From Octopus sinensis (Eukaryota), in NCBI RefSeq assembly GCF_006345805.1, contig NC_043002.1, forward strand, positions 11,346,001 through 11,410,000: a DNA stretch of 64,000 bases, read 5' to 3'. Below, in pieces: positions 56,780 through 64,000 of the stretch (position 1 is its first letter; every line of letters begins with the position of its first letter). The notes under the pieces were generated by a model. The model ran no database searches. It had not been told where the DNA came from and saw only the letters and a program-made list of their open reading frames with translations. The position numbers and the translations under genes are program-made.

Positions 56780-57169
56780 TCTTTATATATAAAAGAAAGG
56801 TTGTGTGTCTGTCTACTCCGATTTAGATTCCTAACTACTCCCACATTTTGCGATGCAGTTTAACCAAAACCGGGTATCTTATAGTCGTGATTCATATCGA
56901 GCCCTTCTGGGTATTAGCGCGCGTCTACGATGAGTCTACGATTTTAAAAATAATTTACCATCATTTTTTCCATTTTAATGCATTTTTTTAATAAAGGGAA
57001 GTAACTCTCTAAAAATTGTCTACGATGAGTCAACAATTTAAAAAAAAATTTACCATAATTTTTTTTCCATTTTTAATGCATTTTTTGCTATTTTTTGGCT
57101 ATAACTCTCTAAAAATGCTTTATAGTTATTTCCCTTACAAACCCGAGCAACGCCGGGCGATACTGCTAG
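56780..57169 (+). mobile_element. Non-autonomous Helitron
   Basis: 5' TC, (GTCT) near the start, 3' hairpin CCCG-agcaacgc-CGGG, terminal CTAG; follows an A in the host MITE. Confidence 0.8.
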
Positions 57170-57546
57170 CTTTATTATAAATGCAAAGCAATACCCCACA
57201 CTCGCCTCCCGAGTTTCGTTTTCCATACAGTATGGGCGTTTCTTTGTTTGCTCATCTACGGTACACTACGTATTTTCTTTTAATATATTTTCATTAATGT
57301 GTTTTACAGTGCAGTACTGTACTCTATTTTCATTTACTCTTTTACTTGTTTCAGTCATTTGACTGCGGCCATGCTGGAGCACTGCCTTTTAGTCGAGCAA
57401 ATCGATTCCAGGACTTATTCTTTGTAAGCCTAGTACTTATTCTATCGATCTGTTTTGCAGAACCGCTAAGTTACGTGGACGTAAATACACCAGCATCAGT
57501 TGTGAAGCGATGTTGGGGGAACAAACACAGATACATAAGCACACAC

Positions 57547-57629
<83 letters not shown>

Positions 57630-57720
57630 GGAGTAAACACATAAATGTGAAACAAGGTGGAAAAAATACCAGTGGTAGAGTAATATGCTTTATTTAAAGC
57701 AGCAGAAAATTCAACAAAAC

Positions 57721-57758
57721 CTGTTACTCTGAGTTTCACGTTGCCGTTCATCGGACAG
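57721..57758 (-). ncRNA. Mirror copy of the 57775 hammerhead-like motif
   Basis: Exact reverse complement within the palindrome. Confidence 0.7.
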
Positions 57759-57774
57759 TTTTTGCTAGCAAAAA

Positions 57775-57812
57775 CTGTCCGATGAACGGCAACGTGAAAC
57801 TCAGAGTAACAG
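57775..57812 (+). ncRNA. Minimal hammerhead-like motif, core CCGAUGA
   Basis: Stem I CTGT/ACAG; stem II ACG-GCAA-CGT; GAAA 57796; helix III ACTC-A-GAGT; GUA. Confidence 0.7.
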
Positions 57813-57844
57813 GTTTTGTTGAATTTTCTGCTGCTTTAAATAAA

Positions 57845-57909
<65 letters not shown>

Positions 57910-58389
57910 ATATATGCGACGGGCTTCTTTCAGTTTCCGTCTACCAAATTCACTCACAAAGCTTTGGTCGACCCGAGGTTATAGTAGAAGACACTCGCCC
58001 AAGGTGCCACGCAGTGGGACTGAACCCAGAACTATGTGGTTCGCAAGCAGGCTACCTACCACACAGCCACTCCTACGCCCAAATTTGTTAATTTTAGATG
58101 TGAAAATGCTTATTTTACTGCAGAAATTATTCAAATCGAAAGAATATAAATATCTATCGGCTGCAGAAACACGCGATATACTGATGAATCCGCGATATAA
58201 ATTTACATATATTAGCCACAAAAACCCGCGATATACTGAGGGTGCGATAGGTGAACCGCGATAGGGTGAGTGATTACCGTATACATATAAACATCCGCGA
58301 AACAGTGACTGTCGATCCAATCACCCACCTATGCATGCATAGATTGTTTCTCTCCGAATTTCTTAGATGAGTAATCACCATTATTATTA

Positions 58390-58912
58390 AATGCTTAGTG
58401 GCATTTCGCCCGCCTTTACGTTCTGAGTTCAAATTCCACCGAGGTCGACTTTGTCTTTCATCCTTTCGGGGTCGATGAATTAAACACCAGTGAAACACTG
58501 CGGTCGATGTAATCGACTCAACCCCCCCAACTTCCCCTAAAACTGTTGCTCTTGTAGCAAAATTTGAAACCACACATATATACACACACACATATATACA
58601 CACACATATATATAGACACACATATATTTATATACACACATATATATATACACGCACACACACACACACATATATATATTTCTTTACTACCCACAAGGGG
58701 CTAAACATAGAGGGGGACAAACAAGGACAGACAAAGGGATTAAGTCGATTACATCGACCCCCAGTGCGTAACTGGTACTTTATTTATCGACCCCGAAAGG
58801 ATGAAAGGCAAAGTCGACCTCGGCGGAATTTGAACTCAGAACGTAATGACAGACGAAATACCGCTAAGCCTTTCGCCCGGCGTGCTAACGTTTCAGCCTG
58901 CTCGCCGCCTAT
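58390..58912. mobile_element. Two SINE family A copies (58390-58572 plus; 58678-58912 minus)
   Basis: Central domain and heads. Confidence 0.85.
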
Positions 58913-59175
58913 AAACACACACACACATATATATATATATATATGAGGCAGAGTATTCTGTTTGGCAAGGCAAAATAATTCTAATGTCTGGAAATGAAGG
59001 AGAGGCCTGAGTAAAATGGAAACAAGATTTGAACTGCAGAATGGAAGAGTTTATTTTTCCATATAGGGAAGTCTTAGGTATGAGTCATCAGAAGATACGT
59101 TTTAAATATAGACATTTATGAAAAGAAATAACGGTTTCCGATACAGGCTAAATACGGATTTATAAATGATTAAAT

Positions 59176-59580
59176 TAGTGGCTGTGTGGGGAAGAAGTTT
59201 GCTTTCAAGTTACATGGTTCTTGGTTCGATCCTACTTCGTGGCACCTTCTGCCACTGTCTGCTACTTTAGCCGAGGGGTTGACCAAAGCCTTGAGAGTTG
59301 ATTTGCTAGACAGGCGGAAACTGAAAGAAGCCGGTTGTATACACACACACACACACGTTCGTAAGTGTGCGGGTGTCTTTGTGTCTGCGTTTGTCCCTCA
59401 CCACGCTTGACAACTAGTGTTGTGTTTCTGTCCCCGTAACTTAGCGGTTCAGCAAAAGTAACCAGTAGAATAAGTACCAGGCTTTAAAAAATGAACATTG
59501 GGGTAGATTCGATGGACTAAAATTTCTTCAAGACGCTGCTCCAGCATGGCCGCAGTCAAATGACTGAAACAAGTACAAGA
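59176..59580 (+). mobile_element. SINE family B, diverged full-length copy
   Basis: Head, core, short (CA)n, 3' half. Confidence 0.8.
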
Positions 59581-60632
59581 TTATGAGCTTCCTTCCTTCC
59601 TTCCTTCCTTCCTTCCTTCCTATAGCATTACAAACTCCGTAAACTCTTACTACATTTGTCTCACGATACGGGTGTAGCAGCAAAGATTTACCAGAAACAC
59701 GTACAAGGTAGAGAGGCAAAAAGATATTGAAAAAAAAGAATCAGTTTTTTATTATTTTTTAGCAAAAAAAAAAATTCCATTGTAGAAGGAAACTACCACC
59801 AAATTCCAATCTCTTTTCCAACTCCATAAGGTAGTGCTAGCTATTCCGAATTTCCGCCGATCATAATAATTTTAACTATTACACTTGTCTCAATGTATGG
59901 ATATTTTCTATTACATACTACTACATACACTTTTTCTATTACATACTATTCACACTTTTACAACCCTGACAACAGTAGAAACAATAAAATCAAACCGGAA
60001 GTCCACCACATGATCACAAAATATAAACCTCTACGTCTTATCTGTTAAGGGTACCCAGAAGTAGGATCGTATTTCCAAGCATACGGTCTGACGTCTTACC
60101 ACAAGAGGACTCGCATCAATGTACTTATTTCTTTATTACCCACAAGGGGCTATTTTGTTTTTTTGCGATATTGCTTTTCGTTACCCTTAATAAATATCTC
60201 GCTTAACAGACGCATTCATACTGAAGGACTATATGCAATTTTGAAAAACCCACCATGAATATCAATTCACTAATCTTAGAAGAGATTTAAGTTTTGGTTA
60301 ATTAAAACGGTGTTTGGGTTGGGTAAGTGCTGACATAAAGCTGTTTACGAATTTGAATAAATGAAATAACGTGACTATTATCACGTAGGTCGCTGACATC
60401 AAACAGAAAAAATGTCAATTTTTTGAAACCAAATTGTTGTCATTGATCGTTACTTTTCTATAAGTGGACATATTCTAAGAACTATCCAAATTGTGCAGAA
60501 ACATACACAAACATCACACAAAACGTGAACCACATCGATCTCACCTGTTTGACAAGTTCTGAGTCTTATCTCGCTTCTCTTTACACGAAATGACATTAGA
60601 GCTGTCACTTGTAAGAGAGTATGATTCGGTTG

Positions 60633-61708
60633 TAAGGCGGCGAGCTGGCAGAAACGTTAGCACGCCGGGCGAAATGCGTAGCCGTATTTCGTTTGCCGTT
60701 ACGTTCTGAGTTCAAATTCCGCCGAGGTCGACTTTATAAGGCGGCGAGCTGGCAGAAACGTTAGCACGCCGGGCGAAATGCGTAGCCGTATTTCGTTTGC
60801 CGTTACGTTCTGAGTTCAAATTCCGCCGAGGTCGACTTTATAAGGCGGCGAGCTGGCAGAAACGTTGGCACGCCGGGCGAAATGCGTAGCCGTATTTCGT
60901 CTGCCGTTACGTTCTGAGTTCAAATTCCGCCGAGGTCGACTTTATAAGGCGGCGAGCTGGCAGAAACGTTAGCACGCTGGGCGAAATGCGTAGCTGTATT
61001 TTGGTTTGCCGTTACGTTCTGAGTTCAAATTCCGCCGAGGTCGACTTTATAAGGCGGCGAGCTGGCAGAAACGTTAGCACGCCGAGCTAAATGCGTAGCC
61101 GTATTTCGTCTGCCGTTACGTTCTGAGTTCAAATTCCGCCGAGGTCGACTTTATAAGGCGGCGAGCTGGCAGAAACGTTAGCACGCTGGGCGAAATGCGT
61201 AGCTGTATTTCGTTTGCCGTTACGTTCTGAGTTCAAATTCCGCCGAGGTCGACTTTATAAGGCGGCGAGCTGGCAGAAACGTTACACGCCGGGCTAAATG
61301 CGTAGCCGTATTTCGTCTGCCGTTACGTTCTGAGTTCAAATTCCGCCGAGGTCGACTTTATAAGGCGGCGAGCTGGCGGAAACATTAGCACGCCGGGTGA
61401 AATGTGTAGCCGTATTTCGTTTGACGTTACGTTCTGAGTTCAAATTCCGTCGAGGTCGACTTTATAAGCCGGCGAACTAGCAGAAACATTAGCACGCCGG
61501 GCGAAATGCGTAGCCGTATTTCGTCTGCCGTTACGTTCTGAGTTCAAATTCCGCCGAGGTCGACTTTGCTTTTCATCCTTTCGGGGTCGATAAATTAAGT
61601 ACCAGTCTCGCACTGGGGTCGATGTAATCGACTTAATCCCTTTGTTTGTCCTTGTTTGTCCCTTCTGTGTTTAGTAAAACCCTTCTGTGGGTAGTAAAAA
61701 AAATAGGT
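60633..61708 (+). repeat. Tandem array of 8 SINE-A heads (about 104 bp) followed by one full SINE A
   Basis: Units start at 60633, 60737, 60841, 60945, 61050, 61154, 61258, 61361 and 61465; junction GACTTTA|TAAG. Confidence 0.97.
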
Positions 61709-61816
61709 ATGACTCGGTTGTATGTACCAGTTATCTAGGTAGACGGGAGCACACATAGACACAGTTTCGGCCATTCCTTCTTCACTCCTCAACTTAGCAC
61801 CTACAGAACAGCCAAC

Positions 61817-61858
<42 letters not shown>

Positions 61859-61859
61859 A

Positions 61860-62890
61860 AGATTTACCAAAACTCGGCTGGTATTTGTTAACGTGCATTG
61901 CTTAAAGAACTCGGTAAATTTCTCTCTCGACTTCGCCCTATACGTGTCAGTCCAGTGGATTGAGGTCTGGTGAGTTTGGAGGCCATTTCTCTGAGAGAAC
62001 ATGATTATGGAGATTGGCAAGTATCTACGTTTATGAGACGGCGCAGAGTCTTGTTTGAAGATGTACGTTCTTTCATTGCGTGCTTTGTCTAACCAGAGCT
62101 TCAAAACTTTCTCAAACACCTCTGTGCAGTCAGCGGCATTGACTCTTAAGCCTTGTGAAAAAAGTGAGGAGGCATGACATCTCCCTCGTTGCGGACGACT
62201 CCCAGAACAATCACAGTTGCTGGGAACTTAATATGCATGACCGTAGGAGCCTCATTCGGGTCTCTTAATAACCATCTGGCGTTCCTTCGCTTTCGCTTTT
62301 GGTTTCGGTCAAAGTTTTTCTCGTTGGAAAAAAAAATCAAAGCGTTCGGATCTTTTCGGTTTGAACGGCAGTTTTTAACATAATTTCTAGGTAACTAAAC
62401 ACTTTTAAACTTCGTATACTGGTAGAATGTGTTTATAAAACATCTTTTTCTCTTGGCTTTATTGAGAAAATCCTATAGTTTGTAAGATATTTGTTGTTTT
62501 TTCTGCAATTTCAACCAATCAGTGACGTCTATTGAGTTAAAAAGCATTCTGTGCCGTATGAATATGTCCCTCGTTTAAGAAACAGATTGGGTTTATTTAC
62601 ATTTCTGAAGAAAATAAGATACCCTTCCCCCACCCCTAACCCTAAAACAGATTGAAATGCAATAGCTCGATACTAGGGTCATAATTATGGGTGACAATTT
62701 CATATGACACCGCTAGAAAAAACTGCCGTTCAAACCGTAAAGATCCAAGCGCTCTATCCCCTTGGTGTCTTAACCTGTTTAACAAGCGCTTTGTATGGAT
62801 CCTGTCACGTCTGACCTAAACTGACCCCTTTGCTTGACATTCCACTTGCAGTGGATATCCTCATACGCAGCTCTTCTGTTGGGGGTATTT
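61860..62890 (-). mobile_element. maT/mariner-like (DD37D-like) transposase relic, split by MITE M
   Basis: EDIHCKWNVKQRGQF, FFSNEKNF, VLGVVRNEGDVMPPHFF, FKQDSAPSH, WPPNSPDLNPLD; frameshifts and stops. Confidence 0.85.
62348..62746 (+). mobile_element. MITE family M, copy 5
   Basis: TSD AAGCGTTC / AAGCGCTC. Confidence 0.95.
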
Positions 62891-63067
62891 CTGATACACT
62901 GACCTTCTTTTTTGACCTTACTTTTCAGATAAAAAAATGTCACGACTCATCTTTACTCAGCAAATTAAAAGTTACGCTATAATCGGTCTTTCCGTGTTTT
63001 GTCTTATCTGTTATTTTCATAGACTGTTTGCACAAAATTATGTGTTATGATGGTATTAAGACCTTGT

Positions 63068-63297
63068 AAGGCGGCGAGCTGGCAGAAACGTTAGCACGCC
63101 GGGCGAAATGCGTAGCCGTATTTCGTCTGCCGTTACGTTCTGAGTTCAAATTCCGCCGAGGCTGACTTTGCCTTTCATCCTTTCGGGGATATATTAAGTA
63201 CCAGTTACGCTCTGGGGTCGATGTAATCGACTTAATCCGTTTGTCTGTCCTTGTTTGTCCCCTCTGTGTTTAGCCCCTTGTGGGTAGTAAAGAAATA
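63068..63297 (+). mobile_element. SINE family A monomer with 16-bp TSD
   Basis: GGTATTAAGACCTTGT at 63052-63067 and 63298-63313. Confidence 0.95.
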
Positions 63298-63664
63298 GGT
63301 ATTAAGACCTTGTGCATACGATTTGCATTTAGCTGCTAAAGTTGGATCCCTGTCAGCAGCTTTCAGATACTTTTAAGCTTTGACAACGAAGCATCAGACA
63401 ACTTTCAGGAAGCGAGCTATCCCTGTATCACTATCCCTGTATTACAGCGTCCCTTTTTACTTGCCGAGTCGACTTGATGTCTGAGCTTATTTACCTGAAA
63501 AGTAAGGTAAAACAAAAAAAAAAAAAGTTAAAAGCAAGTTAGAGTTCTTGAAAGAGGTATCCTCAAACTGACGCACCCTACATAGCTTCTGCTGATGAAA
63601 AGAAAAATAACATGGCCGTAGTCTTTTGAATGAAACGAGTAAAAGAGAGAAGAAAAAGATAAAC

Positions 63665-63705
<41 letters not shown>

Positions 63706-63727
63706 TATATATATATATATATATATA

Positions 63728-63913
63728 TTCTTTACTTGTTTCAGTCATTTGACTGCGGCCATACTGGAGCACCACCTTTAGTCGATCAAATCAACCCCGG
63801 GACTTATTCTTTGTAAGCCCAGGACTTATTCTATCGTCTCTTTTTGCTAAATGACGGGGACGTAAACACACCAGCATCGGTTGTCAAGCAATGCTAGGGG
63901 GACAGACACATAA

Positions 63914-63961
<48 letters not shown>

Positions 63962-64000
63962 GACAGGCTTCTTTCAGTTTCCGTCTACCAAATCCACTCA
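63728..64000 (-). mobile_element. SINE family B, cut by the window end
   Basis: 3' half, microsatellite and start of the 5' half. Confidence 0.9.

Larger units (their letters stand above)
57688..57845. repeat. Perfect 158-bp palindrome with no spacer
   Basis: 79-nt arms centred on GCT|AGC at 57766/57767. Confidence 0.97.
57330..58079 (-). mobile_element. SINE family B interrupted in its microsatellite by a palindromic element
   Basis: 3' half 57330-57550; 5' half 57915-58079. Confidence 0.9.
56658..58279 (+). mobile_element. Tigger-like MITE (same family as 54850) split by nested insertions
   Basis: TA|CTGTAATCC...GCGATAGGTGAAAATCCGCGAAG left end; GCGATAGG...GATTACCG|TA right end. Confidence 0.75.

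Noticed and set aside
60633-61570. CRISPR-like or tRNA-gene-array appearance
   Set aside because: No unique spacers; units are SINE heads that cannot form a complete cloverleaf
62916-63507. Strong splice acceptors CCTTACTTTTCAG on both strands
   Set aside because: They are an inverted repeat pair, probably transposon ends; following frames close quickly

Overview
Repeat-saturated, AT-rich animal non-coding DNA. From memory the SINE, MITE and microsatellite repertoire looks cephalopod/octopus-like; I cannot verify this. There is one 100-N gap, no intact host CDS, and most track ORFs are microsatellite translations. Transposon relics: three R4/Dong-type RLE 3' ends, three CR1-like 3' ends, two Tx1/L1-like 5' fragments, Penelope-like (PLE) GIY-YIG remnants, a maT/mariner-like transposase relic, five copies of an 8-bp-TSD MITE, other MITEs and Helitron-like elements, and dozens of tRNA-derived SINEs. 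The most interesting signal is eleven hammerhead-ribozyme-like motifs in at least eight unrelated sequence contexts, folded by hand. Most have a palindromic helix III. Two sit in a perfect 158-bp palindrome, one lies in the loop of a foldback, one is downstream of a tRNA-like head, and non-canonical cores (CCGAUGA, CUGUNGA) recur. Also notable: a 9-unit SINE-head array, SINE multimers with recurrent junctions, a 100-bp minisatellite, and two TATA+Inr promoter candidates in unique sequence.
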